Source: Octopus sinensis (Eukaryota). Taken from it: a stretch of DNA of 64,000 nt. Under the pieces are notes generated by a model. It searched no databases, had not been told where the DNA came from, and worked only from the letters and a program-made list of their open reading frames with translations. The stretch is taken from contig NC_042997.1 in the NCBI RefSeq assembly GCF_006345805.1, positions 143,468,001 through 143,532,000 on the forward strand, in the 5' to 3' direction. Position numbers and translations under genes: made by a program. Position 1 is the first letter of the stretch; every line of letters starts with the position of its first letter. Positions 39,613 through 54,618 of this stretch are shown here, piece after piece.

Positions 39613-40785
39613 GTAAATAGGGTTATAGTCCGAGCTGTGTCCCTATGAAGCACATTCGCATATTCCAGTACTCCAAGGTATATTTGTAGATGTTATAATT
39701 TATGTGAGACTTGAAACTATTGAGAAAGACTAAAATTTTTATTCTGTTTGAAGAGCTTCTAATAGGAAATGTCTTACATGTTTTTTTCCACGTGTATATC
39801 TTTGTAACTTCAGTTAGCTAATGAAACATATGTAATGGGGAATAAATAAAACCAAATTTTTCTAGTTTTCTGTTTTGATTTTATATATGATCACCTTCCA
39901 CAGAGTTTCCGTCTATCAAATTCATTCAGAAGGTTGGAGGTATTTGCCCAAAGTGCCTCGCAGTGGGACTGAACTCGAACCGCGACTTTTCAAAGCGAGC
40001 TTCCTAGCTACACAATTATGCCTGGACCTATAACCTATGCCTGTTTTGACAGTGGAGATGTAATAACATAGTTTTCTCCACCTGTACCTCAATACTTTTT
40101 TATATTGGCACGTATTCTGTAAATTTTTTTTGTGTCAAACCGCTTAGATACAGAGACTTGGACGTACCAACTCCGATTGTCAATCTGTGAAAGACAAAAA
40201 AAACCAAAGGCAAAGACGCTCTCACGCACGTACACTCGCACTCATTCTGTCTATCCTCCCCCACACGGGCTTCCGCACAGTTTCCATCTACCAAATATCT
40301 TTTAAGGCATTGGTCAGCTTGAAGTTATTGTAAAGGACGCTTGCTCAAAGAGTTGCACTGTGAGATTGAACTCGATACAACATGATTACAAAGCGAGTTT
40401 CTTCGCCACTTAGCCATGCCTTTACATTTTATTGTATTTAATTTCCCTTCTTTTATTTGAAATTTCACATAAAATCAAAAAAAAAAAATTTTTTTTACTA
40501 CATTTCGAAGCAATTCTCACCTTTCTCAATTTTAATATTTCTTTTATTTTGAATTTTATTCTCTTGCTTATAAAATCCTTCCTTTTAATACATAAAAGAA
40601 GTCTAAGCTGGACAGCTGAGGGAACCAAATAACCAATAGATTAGTTATGAGTTTAATGAAAGGTGACGTATCAAATTGTCAAACGTTTATTACAGAAAAA
40701 TACATTAGCTTCAATATAGAACGTTTACTGTTAACATAATCATTCTTAAATAGAACTCCGTGTTGTTTTTATTATTATTGTCACA

Positions 40786-40925
<140 letters not shown>

Positions 40926-41896
40926 TCTTTGGGTATGATTTTGCCGATATATGTATGGTTGCGTGTGTATGAGTGAGTGTGATCATAAATGATATAAATG
41001 TGCGCGGTGCGTGCGTGTGTATGTATGTGTGTGCTTATGCGTGTGCGTGCGTGTGTGTGTGTGTGTGGAATTATATATGATGTAATTGTGCGTATGTGGT
41101 GTGCTTGGCATGACCGTGTGTGTGTGTGTATTGCACGCGTGTGTGTGTGTGTGTGTGTGTGGTGTGTGTGTGTATAATCGTGTGTGTGTATGTGTGTGAG
41201 TATGAGATGTGTGTGTTGTGTATGTTTGTGTGTGTTTTCTGTCACATACTTGAAGAGTTAGCTATTACTATACTTGACAATAATCTGTTTTGCCCAGAAG
41301 CAAAGTTTTTAAAGTATTTATTTTCTGTCGTCTGTCATAAATTTTTAAATGTCTTTTTTTTCCCCCTTTTATCTCATACTTGAGTTTTAAACCGGCAATG
41401 TCATTTTCCTTCTTTTCCCTCTCATCATCATCATCATCATCATCATCGTCTCGACCACCGATTAGTCCATCACCTCCTCCACCTTCACCACTACCACCAC
41501 GAATACAACGACAGTCACCACTAGCACCACCATCACCACCACCAGCACCACCACCATACCACCTCCACCACCACCACCATCATTAACGTCGTCGTCACCG
41601 CCGCCGTCGCCATCATCGTCATGGTCATCGTTACCATCCACTGTCTTTTTCAAACTGTTCTATTGATCATGCAGCATCAATCCTGTGAAGTTCCATAGAG
41701 TTAGATCGGGACTCACCATATCTCCAAGGAGGTGCCCCAGTATGGCCGCAGTCCAATGACCAAAACGTATAAAAAGTAAAAGTCTTTGTAAACCGTTCTA
41801 GTGTTTTAGAGACGCCAACCACTGAACGACATGTTATAAGATTAAGTTCCTCATTAGCAGGTAAATTTGTATTAAGAGTGGTTAACATCTACAATA

Positions 41897-42417
41897 CCGT
41901 AAATCCTCGAGTACAATCCGCACTTTTTTCCCAAAATTTAAAGGTCAAAATCCCTAGTGCGTATTATACACGAGGTTAAAAATGAAAATTATTTTCTAAG
42001 CAATGTCAGAGTCTCTATTTGCTGTCCGGCAATGTTTATTCAGACGTATTTTGTGATGTTGGGCGCAAAAATACCTTAAGCTAAACCTGAAAGCAATGAG
42101 GTCATAAAAGAATCATCCATAACTTGCAGTAGGCAACATTTATTAAACGTTATTACTGTTATTACTGTTATTTCTCTATTTTCTGCAAACAAAATGCGCA
42201 AAAAAGCTACACGTTTGCATTATGTTATATATACAATAATAATAAAGTACGTTACCGTATACATTTTTACAAACCAAGGACGTTATATAGACCGCCCTGA
42301 CTCAAGTTAGAGAAGGGGTGCGTATTATACACAAGGTTTAGGTTTTTCAGAAGTACAGCCCCCTAAAAATCCCCTTAGTATTATACTCAAGGGCGGGCTA
42401 TACTCGAGGATTTACGG
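41897..42417. mobile_element. Tc1/mariner/pogo-type MITE
   Basis: TA-CCGTAAATCCTCGAGTA ... TACTCGAGGATTTACGG-TA; TA target site duplication. Confidence 0.9.
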
Positions 42418-45400
42418 TATGTAAATATCAAGTCACTGCTTTAAATTCAAAATGATGATTAAAAGAATTAAACATAATACGAATGCAGAGTCAATAATTA
42501 CACAGAATCCATTATTTTATGGTTATGTCTCGCTACCGACCAGTATTGCATACTTTACAAGTGCTTCATACATTCTGCTTTTAGTATAGGGCGAAGGAGA
42601 ATCAATTCCCGCTGCGAACAGACCTTTTATTCTCTGATCATCCATCCTTCTATTACGATAAATACTGTGCTTTGGCTGAAACTACATTTAGCAATAATAA
42701 GATCAACTATGAGACAATGAGGGCGCCGGAGTTTGCTCGTTCTACATGTTAGAAAAAGTAACCAAATCCCTTTTAAATCAACACCATATTGTCTTAAAAA
42801 GGAAGGGCGTTTCGGAGAATCTAGTCTTAGTTATATTATGTTAGAAAATAAAAAAAAAGAAAAACCCAGAAACCAAACAATATTTGTCTCATCTGGAACA
42901 TTTTTATTCACAAGTCTTCAAGATCAAACACCGACAACTTCAGATAACTAAGGTAACAAAAATCTAGGTAACAGAAACTATTAACTACGTCCAATAAGTT
43001 GTTCATGGATTTAGTTTCACAGGTGTTTTTATTGGTGATCGGGAAATTTATTATATGTGAAGTCTTTGTTGTCACTTTATCGGAGATAATTTGTGTAACC
43101 TTAGCTTACATTATATATTTCCTTCTGGATACTGAGTAAACCTACTCTCCAGATATCGTGTTCTTTCTTTTATGGCATTTTAGTCTATCATATGCTGACC
43201 TTTTTGACCAGGCTGCCAGGCTTACAACATTGTTTTCTGAAACTCTTCGATAAATTCTGCAACAAAAGACAAATGAATGCATAAACTTTCCGAGGGCAAC
43301 TAATCTTGAATTTCTCTGTTACAGTTTAAAGAATTGTTATGAATATAAGGAGAATGAGACCGGCTTAGGCGAAAAATTTGAATTTCTAATTTAACTCACT
43401 GCCAACCTTAAACCTGCAAAAAGCAATCTTACAGAATATAATTAATAGGTGAGAATGGGGTCCAAGGAAAGGTGGCAGATGAAACCGTGAAACAGCTATT
43501 AATAAAAATACAATGTTCTATAAAGAATATTTGGTGCTAATACAATCATTCATAAATAGATCACTGTATAGATAACACGAACGGCATTGGAATACAAATG
43601 GAGTTTAAAAGCACACTTGAAATGCAAATATTGATGATAAAAACCGGGAACAGGAAACATTGATATAATAAAAGCATACATAGCACCATCATCATAAAGA
43701 GTTTTCTCAACAAGCTACATATTGAATCTATAACATTTCAACATACTACCAAACTAAACAGGACCACATGACACATCCTGATGCAAAAATACTTCAGATA
43801 ATACTAGAGGAAACACAATGCAATCACGATTAAACCATTTTTATATGTTAAACAATCTATACCAAATCCTCGTATACCGTACCAAGTCTACAACAGCTTC
43901 TCTTCAAGCACCACTTTCTTCTCCACATGGGTTTCACTAAGTTTGTGTCTATAAAAAAAAACCTTTAAAAAGCCCTGATAGAACCATTTCCTCTCAGAAA
44001 GAGAATTACACTTTACTGAATTCATTTCAACAATAACAAAATATCGATACTTTCATGTAAATATTCAACAAAATAATTGAAGAAGCTTCGAAAAATTATA
44101 TCCCACAAGAGAAACAAAGTAAAAATACAAACCTTACTACAACGACCTTCCTGATTAAAACATGTGACAGTCTCTTATCAAAGTAACACACAATAGAAAT
44201 AGAACTCAATATCCAGGAAATAAAAAGGAAACAAGGAAATAAACCGCAGAGAGAGAAAAAAATTTCCATTATAAACCACAAAAGGAGAAAATACTATACA
44301 AAGTAAATAGCAACAATTCTAACGTTAAAAATATCATGCAGTCGGTCATTAGAGCAATCTCAAGTAATACAACAATACTGTAACGGCAAGTAAACTCACT
44401 CGTGAAATACTTTTCAAAATTCTCTTAGCGAAAATAATTCACAAAGGAAATAGGAAGGCAAAACAAAAGATGCATCTTGACCATTCTTTCCACACACACT
44501 CATACACTCTCTGTTTCTACATCTTAAACACGCAAAAAATAGTACGACTATATATGTGTGTACATGTGTGTGTATGTATGTGTGTATGTGTGTGTCCGAG
44601 GGTTTATGTGTGAGTGTGTGTGTGTGTGTTTGTGTGTGTGTGTCTGTTTGTGTGTGTGCGTGTGTATGTGTGTGTGTGTAGTATTAATGCTTGACAAATA
44701 AAACACTACGATCATTGATGGAATGCTCTTGATCATAGCTCTACTCAGTCAGAAACGACCTTGGGCTAAACATCAACAACAACAATAAAAACAATAAATC
44801 TCATTAACCCTAAACACAATTATTTATGACTTAGTCAAAGGGGAAGGGCTGCATCCGTGAATCTCTTTTTGCAATGCATTCGAAACGAAAGATGTGTGAC
44901 CAAGTTTGTTGGACTCCCGATCATAAGGTCATGGTTTCGATTCTCAGGCCGGGTGGCACGTGCTGTGTTGGAGCAAAACACTTCATTTCATATAGCTCCA
45001 CTCCACTCGGAATCCTGTATAGAATCCTATCGGATGAATCGTACTTGTATTTCAGACAGAACATCCTTGTCATACATCACTTTACACTGATGCTCCCGGA
45101 AAATTACGTTTAGGCCATAAACAATGACATACCCGGTCTTGTTATTTGAACCCCAACCAGATCATTATGTATAGCCAACATCTCCAGCAACTAGAGGCTG
45201 TCATATTTTCCATCATACGCCCTCCGTTAGTATTTGTCTACGTTGTTCAAATACACACCACTGGCCACTCTGAGTTATTTCCCTTTGCTCATTTTTGTTT
45301 AATTTATGCAAATTACCTAGGCCATAAATGCGTTCTACTCTTTTTTTTTTTGTATATGTCCATTGGCTTCTGGAGTTGGAGATGCTAGATAATTGCCGTG

Positions 45401-45859
45401 CTGGTGAAACCTTATGAGGCAGAAATACGTGTCCACAACTGTCTTCTTATCTCTAGATAATGAGCCTATCCTTTTCCTTAATGGCATATCAACTATACAA
45501 AATTCTTGAGTCTTGAGATTATCTCTACTTCCCATATAGACTTGATTTTAATTGCCTTTCGGTAATTATGACACAACCTCTAAAAGCGGAAATACTTTTA
45601 ATAAATAAAGAATTTATGTTGTATGGTATTTGATGTACCGTTTTTATCTATTTATCTATGATGTTCATTTACATGCCAGTGGCTACTCTCAGCTCTTTCT
45701 CCTAGCCCCCCCCCACACACAAAGAGAGGTATGTATGTATGTATGTTTGCATAAATATTTTGTATGTGTGCGTATAAGTGTGATATAAATGTCAACAAGA
45801 GTTGAAAGAACTCTAGATGAAGAGTGAATATTTACTATAGAAAAAGTATTACTCATTAA

Positions 45860-45908
<49 letters not shown>

Positions 45909-46416
45909 TTTAATGAGTAATACTTTTTGTATAGTAAATATTTCACTCTTTACACACACACACACACATACACATTATATATTCGCACTCATACACTCTC
46001 TGTTTCTACATCTTAAACACGCAAAAAATAGTACGACTCTATACGTGTGTACATGTGTGTGTATGTATGTGTGTATGTGTGTGTCCGAGGGTTTATTTGT
46101 GTGTGTGTATTTGTGTGTGTTTGTTTGTGTGTGTGTGTGTGTGTATGTGTGTATGTGTGTGTGTGTGTGTGTATGTATGTGTGTGTGTGTGTGTATTCGG
46201 AGTTAACGCATGCAATCTTTTATGTCAAATATAAAATGAAAGTCTGTGTACACAAAAGGCAGACATAAAAGAAAACAAAAACAAAAGCAAAAAACCAAAA
46301 CGAAATATTAATATATTAGTATATGTATATTATACATATATGTATTATGTATGTTGTATATATATATATAATATATATATATATATACATGCACATATAT
46401 ATATACATACATGCAC

Positions 46417-46458
<42 letters not shown>

Positions 46459-46482
46459 GTATATATACATACATACACACAC

Positions 46483-46513
<31 letters not shown>

Positions 46514-46989
46514 AACCTAAAACAAACAAGAAACTAACTGAAGAAAAGTGTTTGGTAAACTTTCTACATTGATCTATTCATATACATGGTGTATACAGAG
46601 TTGTATAAAATTACTAAAAAACATATAAAAAAATAAATAACATGATACGTTGTAAATATCCAAGTAGAAAATAAACATCTGAGAATAAATTGATATAATA
46701 ACAGGAATCAGAAAAAATAAAAAATAAATAAAACACACATAAAAGATAACAAATACAAGGAGAAATAAAAAGAGGGAAAAAAATTTAATGAAACAACAAA
46801 ACAAAAGCAACTAGTAGGAAACGAAACGAAACGAAAAAATATAACTCCTACTCCCGGTCCTTCATCTCCACCCTTCTTTCTTTCCGTCCCCCAGGCCAAA
46901 AGCTCGAAGGGAAAATAACCAGAAACTAACGCTGTAAATAGAATATTTTGTCAGATTGAAATAGAATGAAGCGCTAATTAAGTTCTCAA

Positions 46990-47024
<35 letters not shown>

Positions 47025-47479
47025 TTGCTGTCTCCTTGTTTGTCTTCAAATTCTTTCGTGAATTTTTACTTTGAATAGATTTCATTTCCTTATTCTTTTA
47101 TTCACTAATTCACGCATTCATCCATTCGTTTATTCATTTAATTTATTTCAATATTTTGCTTGTTACAGCCACTGGGCTGCGGCCATGCTATAGCATTGCC
47201 TTGAACGGTTTTAGTCGATCATATCGACTTCTTGTACATTATAAAAAAAAATAAAAGTCTGGCGCTCAATTTAGCGATATCTGTTTGTCGCATCACTAGA
47301 TTATGGTCCAAAAACGCCTACGACGTTTTGCAAGATGTGTCAATGTAAAGATAGACACATACAAACATTCACATATATGTATGAAGGACAGCCTTTCTTG
47401 AAGTCGTTACCGCTACCTCATATCACACTTTGAAGGTTATGCGTTTGGAAATTGCTACAAAATACTTTATAAACAAAAG

Positions 47480-49200
47480 AGGCAGTAAAAATTTAGGGCC
47501 CTCAAGATGAAGGCAAAAATATCGATTCTGTAACGTTTCTGTGGAAGAATATACATGTCATCAGCGGCTGCTCAAAAATGTCATCAACATACTACATTCC
47601 AATGCAATATGGCGTTGTCTTTAAAAACAATATGCAATGCCATCCGAAAGAAAGACTCTGAGATAAATATAGAGAAAATTCCTGTTATTGAATACATACA
47701 AGGAGTGTTCATTAAAGATTTCCCCTGACCCACTTCCGGTTATTTCAGAAAAGGGAACTTGTACAGGTATAATTACACATGTCTCTACATGTCACCTCGT
47801 AAATTGCAGCTTTCCACAAGTATTCGTTTGTTTTTTACTGTTGCTGTTATAATAGGTGTTATAATACAGGCAGATGAATGCAGATCAGTGATCAGGTTCT
47901 TATACTTGAAAAGGCTTACACCAAAAGAGACTTTCGATGAGATGAAAGAAGTTTATGGTGACGATGCACCATCATACGACGTAGTCAAACACTGGTATCG
48001 CCAGTTCAAATGTGGTCGGACATTGGTGGAAACTGCTCCTATTTCTGGACGGCTATATTCCGCCATTGATTACAACACCTATGAAATCCTTTCTCATCCA
48101 TCTTATTCTCCCGACCTCGCCTCAAATGACTTTCACCTCTTTCCAATCATGAAGTCTTTTTTGAAGGGGGAGCACTTTTCGGATGATGTTGAACTTATTT
48201 TCGAGGTAAAGTCTTGGCTCCAGATGCAACCTACCGACTTTTACAGACGAAGTCTTCACAGCTGCATAAAGCGATAGAAGTGTGTCACCATTGATGGTGA
48301 CTATGTAGCGAAGGACTACAAATTATGCCAAGTTTCCTTCCTCCCAGTTCTTGGGAAGTGGGTCAAGGGAAATCTTTAATGAACACTCCTCGTACATAAA
48401 CATCGACACAAGGAATATTAGTTGAACATTTCCATCAAAACTTCTACTAAGTACAAGCATAAGAGGCCAGATATCGTTGTTTGGGACAAACACAAAAAAG
48501 TATATATTAATAACTGGTTGGGACACCGTATTTCGTTTTGTAAACATAATATACTAACAAGTATATTCTAGGTTTATAAGTCAATACGGTGTCCTATTTT
48601 GTGTTAGCAGTGCGTTGTTGTCATTTTTTTAAAGTGTATATTTACTGGTTAGAATTTGGAGCTACCATTGTTTACATAGACGTATTCGTATATGAAACAT
48701 TGTGACTTTCAGTACTGGCTCTAAATACCATAGAAAATCTGTAAGGATGCACTTAAAAAAAAAGAAGAACGATCGCATTGTTTACACAGACGTATTCGTA
48801 TATGAAACGTCGTAACTTTCAATGCTGGCTCTAACTTCTATACATTTAAGAAAAGAAAAAGAGTATGTACCCTCATCGAGGTTAGCTACTTTGCTGACGT
48901 GAATATCTCTCGAAAATTATAATGGAAGGGAATAACTATGGACAACTGCTTGGAAACTTTTATTTTCTTTATCCAGATAATAAATTCACGTTTATACCAA
49001 TCATAATTGAAGCAACTGGTTTTGTGAGTAAATACTGGGTTTTCTGAAGAAACAATCAGCCGGCTAACAAGTATATCAGATATACAGTCTGTAAATAGCA
49101 CAGTAAAAATATGTAAGACTTTTCTTTAGTTGAACATGTGACATTGTTTTAATTATATTCCAACGATAGGGCTTGTATCTTTGTTAGAAATTAGATCCTT
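47480..49200 (+). mobile_element. R4/Dong-like LINE (second subfamily), interrupted by a mariner element and another insert
   Basis: CRFCNVSVEE..VISGC, TICNAIRKKD, then after the mariner KRPDIVVWDK, FTFIPIII and STVKICKTFL. Confidence 0.75.
47699..48392 (+). mobile_element. Internally deleted mariner element with intact TIRs
   Basis: About 39-bp TIRs C(A/G)AGGAGTGTTCATTAAAGATTTCCC(C/T)TGACCCACTTCC and a TA TSD. ORF 47759-48277 joins the N-terminal HTH (RSVIRFLYLK...WYRQFKCGRT) directly to the C-terminal HPSYSPDLASNDFHLF. Confidence 0.93.
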
Positions 49201-49615
49201 CCTTACAAATAACTAAAAAAACAGAAAATCTGTGTGCGTGCATGCAAGCATGTGTATGTGTGAGTGTGTGTGTGTGTGTGTGTGCGTGTGTGTCTGTGCG
49301 TGCATATGTACGGCGGCCTTCTGCAGTGTCATCACCTGCCATTTTCTCTCACATGACATTGGTCACTTTGCGGCTATTATACTAGTCACTTGCTCAAGAT
49401 GCCTTTCACTACGATCGAACCCAAGATCACGTTGTTGCGACGTGAACTTCTTCGGTAAGTATGGTACCGTCTAAGCTGATGAGATATGCCAGGATTTATC
49501 TTACTGAAATGATTAAAAAATATTAATCATTCACTTAATACTGTCTTTTTTTCACCTTGTTAAGCTAATTAAACTCTTCTATATACACACACACATACAT
49601 ACATACATACATACA

Positions 49616-49651
<36 letters not shown>

Positions 49652-50561
49652 TATATAATTGAAAACTAAGAGGAGAGTGGAGATTTATTCACATCCAAAA
49701 CGTTTTATTAAAAAAAGTTATTACACCATATATAACAATGACCAACATATGTTTCAATTGCAGCAACTGCACATTGCTCTGTATGCAATTATGCATCCTA
49801 GTCGTTGAAATTTCCTCAAGGGTCCATCACTTACGGCGTTTTCAAAGTGAACTAATTCAAACATATGAATACATATATGATGGACTCTGCCTTCGTAGAT
49901 GACGTATGAGTGTCCAGCTTTTGCCGAACGACCTGCACAAATGATTTGTTTATAGTGATCAAACATATGTGCCATACATTAGCTCATTCTCTCCATCAAA
50001 TGAACGTTGCTTGGTCGGGTGCACTGTGTACCATGCGTCAGGTGTCGAAGTGATCGCAGACCAACCTGAAATGAAGTGTTTTGCTCAAGAACACAACGCA
50101 TCACCCGGTCTAGGAATTGAAACTACGATCTCGCAATCGTGAATAAAATACCCAAACCACTATTTAATTACACACATACATATATGTGAATATATATGCA
50201 TATATACACACATACTTATATATACAAGTATGCATCTGATCGTTTTACTTCTGATCGTTTTACTTCTGTAAGAAGGAGAATCTATCCCATATATACCTAT
50301 TTCGTGGCAATTATAATAAATTATATTCCAAATGTAAAATACATTCTAATATATTTCCTATTTATTTCGGAGAAACAAAGATATTAAAATTCTATTTGGA
50401 TATATATACTTCAATCTCAATTGATGTCATCAATGTTATATTGAATTTTGACTATTTTGGGAAAAATCATATAATTTTTTAAAAATCATAAAGTATTGGT
50501 TTTCAAATAGGGAGGTTTTTAAATCAGAAATGTTGAGAGAAAGAGAAAGGCAGTTTGTTGT

Positions 50562-50600
<39 letters not shown>

Positions 50601-50601
50601 G

Positions 50602-50645
<44 letters not shown>

Positions 50646-51805
50646 CACACACACATAGATACATGTATATAAATAGATCTATCTATCTATCTATCTATCG
50701 ATTTTTTTTAGAAAAAACATAAATCCGGAGAAGAAGCACGCTCTAAGAAGTAGAACAGTCTATATTAATTACTGGTGAAGGTCGGTTTATGAGGTTACCA
50801 TAGGTTTCTCGCCATACATACATACATACATACATACATACATACATACATACCTACATTCTCACATATTATATAGATAGATAGATAGATAGACAGATAG
50901 CTTGACAGATTGGCAGACCGAGCGATTGACTGATAGATAGACAGATAGGCAGATATACAGATAAATAGAAAGACTGATAATTAGATAGACAGACAAATAG
51001 ACGGGGACATGCACGCACGCACACACACATACACACACACTATACGTACATACATAAGTTAAATAGATTTGTAGATAGGTAGATAGATAAAGATAGGGAG
51101 AGGGAGAGAGAGAGGCAGAGATAGATAAATAGAGTGGGAGAGAGAGAGACAAGGAGAGATAAATAAAGAAGGAGAGAAAGAGAGAGAAAGAGAGAGAGAG
51201 AGTGTGTGTGTGTGTGTGTATGTGTGTGTGAGTGAGAAGAAGAATTCTGAAAGTATTCATTTGCTTTACCCGCCATGTTCTTCAGTTGCTACTCGAATTT
51301 AAATGTTCAAAAATAATTTCCGTTTAAACCGTTTCACTTGGTTTTCGTTACAGTATATTTCTTCATATTTTCTGTGTACAGTACCGTCTTGAGACGTGCG
51401 GGCACTGGGCACTTGTCCAGGGGCTCCACGGGTCTACGGACCTAATTGTGATATATGCATATTGTGGTTTGCTGTCAAGAAAAATAGGACCCTGTGCATT
51501 GATTTGCCAGATGCCTGAGACAGCCCTGCATGTGTGCACATTCATCTGGCATGCTAAATATACACTCAATTCTTTGAATTCTTCTTCTGGCTTTAAGAGA
51601 AAATTGCTTGTAAATGTAAAGGATTCCCCAGCTTACATTTAGTAACAGTTAATAATTGGTGCATGAATGTGTAATGGTGGTCAGAACGTTGCCGTTTTTC
51701 TAGCATTAGCCATACATACATACATACATACATACATACATACATACATACATACATACATACATACATACATACATAATACATACATACATACATACAT
51801 ACATA

Positions 51806-52505
51806 GCTAGGACAATCTATAATGAAATCCGTCAGAAGGATACTACCGAGGACAAAGAAATAAAAGCTAACAGTATCGTAGAAGATATAGCCACTCATAA
51901 TGAAAAGGAATGCTGGTGGAATGTACCAGTGAAGACCTCAATAAAATGTTAGCCCAACAGCCCTGATATAATGATTTGGGATAGAGAAGAGAAACTGTGC
52001 ACAGTTGTGGAAATTAGCTACCCAGCTGATGTTAAAATAAAGCTGAAGATCAGTGAAAAAAGAGAACACCTATGCTGAACTATTGAGAAATCTGCAGTTA
52101 CTTTATCCTGATTACAAGTTCAGGTTTATACCTGTAATTATTGGTGCCCTGTGATATGTAACACACTGTCTGAATACCAATTTGGAGAAATTAGACTTCT
52201 CAAAACCAGAAAGGAGAAAGCTAATTCGAAGACTACAGATCCAATCCATCACTGGAACTGTGAAAATCTGTGAAACTTTCCAGATGTTTATCATTTAAAA
52301 TATCTATGAGCATGTCTAGATATGTAACTATATGCATGAGAATACATACATAAAACATAAAAATCTGCACATACATACATACAAACAAAAATACCCTGTT
52401 ATTGATGTTGAAATTCCAATGAAGGGACCTGGGATCTAGGTTAGAACCCAGTTCTTTCTCTATTAGCAAGAAATCTTGAAATAAACTGAATATTGACATA
52501 CATAT
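51806..52505 (+). mobile_element. R4/Dong-like LINE 3' fragment, preceded by (ATAC)n
   Basis: High similarity to 3420-4103; the 5' truncation abuts (ATAC)n at 51712-51805. Confidence 0.88.
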
Positions 52506-52519
52506 ATCGACCGGCTAAT

Positions 52520-52700
52520 TCGTACATTACAAGTGCAATGTGTGAGTGGAACAGTAAAAATATGCAAGACTTTTCTCAATTTCCAAATGTGATTTGTCTG
52601 TGTTAACTACGTCTCAAAGATAGAGCCTTGTATCTTTGTCGGAAACCGGCTCCCTCCTCAGTGGAAGATTTATAATAATTAAAAAGTAGAAGAGACATAC
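52520..52700 (+). mobile_element. R4/Dong-like LINE, second-subfamily 3' end followed by (ATAC)n
   Basis: SGTVKICKTFLNF followed by a 3' UTR like 49150-49205. Confidence 0.7.
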
Positions 52701-53429
52701 ATACATACATACATACATACATACATACATACATACATACATACATACATACATACATACAAACACACACACGCGTACCGCACATACAAACACACACGCA
52801 CGTACAGACGTATGTATACATACGCATGTACACACACTCATGTACACACACGTATGTATAAAGCTAATATGCCTACTTCAGTTAAGCTGTTACTTTATTA
52901 TATGTCATCATTCTATAGTGTCATAATAACGTAAGTTGTAAACTTGTTATTCGTTAATAGGAAAGAATCTGCTCTCTTTCTTAGGGCAAATGTATTGGAA
53001 GTGAGCCAATGGGAAACCCCCACATCGCTGGTGAACAGATGTTTGGCACCGGAGCCGAATTTAAAGTGCATACGAAATTTTACGTCGCATCTAAGTTGAG
53101 AGAGATAACGACCTTTTAATTGCACATATTCGTATGCAGGCGTAATTAAAACGTTACAATGCATTAATTAATAAAACAGTTAAAATGTTTTAAATAACGA
53201 AACATCAAAGGCATTACAACGCATAATGTTTTAGATTTAAAGGAAATTCGTAATGGAAATATTCTTTGTTTAATGTTTTAAGGAGGAGTGCTCGGACTAT
53301 TTATATGGATTACAAAAACGGTGAGAGATGGGTTAGCCGGGTGGGTTTAAGTATTTTTTTCCGGAGGAGGATCAGAGATATTAGATGAGACTGATAATGT
53401 GGTAGCTATTAGTTAGTTTCATCTCATCT

Positions 53430-53600
53430 CATTTTCTCTGCTCACGTATTCTTGGGAGATCCGCGGGAGTAGAGTCCCAAGCAAGACAAACCAAGCTCAT
53501 GGATATTATCCAACCATTTTGTTCGCTGTCTACCCTTGGGTCCCCTACTTTTTGGTTTTGACCGTAAATCCCGTCCAGCGGTTCTTTCCTGGTACATTCT
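53430..53600 (-). mobile_element. RTE-like LINE 3' end remnant
   Basis: Minus strand PKGRQRTKWLDNI followed by a (GAGAT)n tail. Confidence 0.55.
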
Positions 53601-54618
53601 TACCACATGTTCGTTATATCGAAGCTGATAGGATAAAGGATAAACATCCTTCCTGTGTCATATAGACTCATAGGACCAGTCTCCCGGTGTACTTGGCGTA
53701 TATATTCCCCACCTGGATAGGACGCCAATCCGTCACAGGATTATTCCTTTTTGCCTGCTGAGTGGACTGGAGCAACTGTCTTGCCTGCTGGATAGACTGC
53801 TGAGTCACAACGCGTCACCCGGTCCAAGAATCGAAACCACAATCTTACGACCACGAGTCCAACACTCTAACCGCTAATCCACGTACTTCCACAATATCAG
53901 ACTGTGATCTCTCAATTCGGAGAAGTAATGGCTCTACTTGGAAAGCCTCTCTGGTCTCCGAGTGACGCACTCTATCGTGTAACGTTACTCAAAAGACCCT
54001 TCTGACGCCTGTAATCACGATCGTATTCTTTCAGTCATTACCCAAGATTCAGGAGCATAGTTAGCTTTAATATATTTAAGTCTTGCACGCATGTGGTTCT
54101 TCACTAAAGTTGGATATTTTTCAATATCTAGATAGGATTTATAAAATTCCAATAAGATAAACCATTAATTTACATATCAAAGTATTATCCGATCGTAAAT
54201 GAATTAACTCGAGTTGGCAACATCCAGGACTTTCAGCTGGCATCATATCAAAATGAGTTTCGCTTATTCGCTGGTTGAGCTTGTGATTCTGTAAATTTCA
54301 AAACCACTTTTGAAATTGACCCAAAAGATTGGAACATCCCCATCTGTGATTCTGATTTCGGTTCTTTCAGTGTTAGAGAATAAATGTACCATGGAGTATT
54401 TCTTTATTTGAGTAAAGAGTAATTGCAGCATCAATTCAAAGCTTGTTATTAGCAAGAAGAAAGTCTGATTCGGCCTTCGTAATTTCAAACTTTAGATCCT
54501 TTAAGCAGTTACAGCTGTCGACCAAAATTATCAAATGGCATAACGGTTTTAGCTCTTCAAATACTATAATGATATAAATCCATGAAGGGTTTCTTTTCCT
54601 TTCAACTTAAAAATATAG

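Noticed and set aside
42587-42754. 55-codon open frame after a TTTTAG acceptor (YRAKENQFPLRTDLLF...)
   Set aside because: No recognisable family or partner exons; this length is expected by chance.
43466-43500. CAGATGA-AACCGT-GAAACAGCTATT hammerhead look-alike
   Set aside because: The core is mutated at both ends and there is no helix I; compatible with chance.
43500-44480. A-rich strand-biased region that may be a very old LINE
   Set aside because: No diagnostic motif could be read with confidence.
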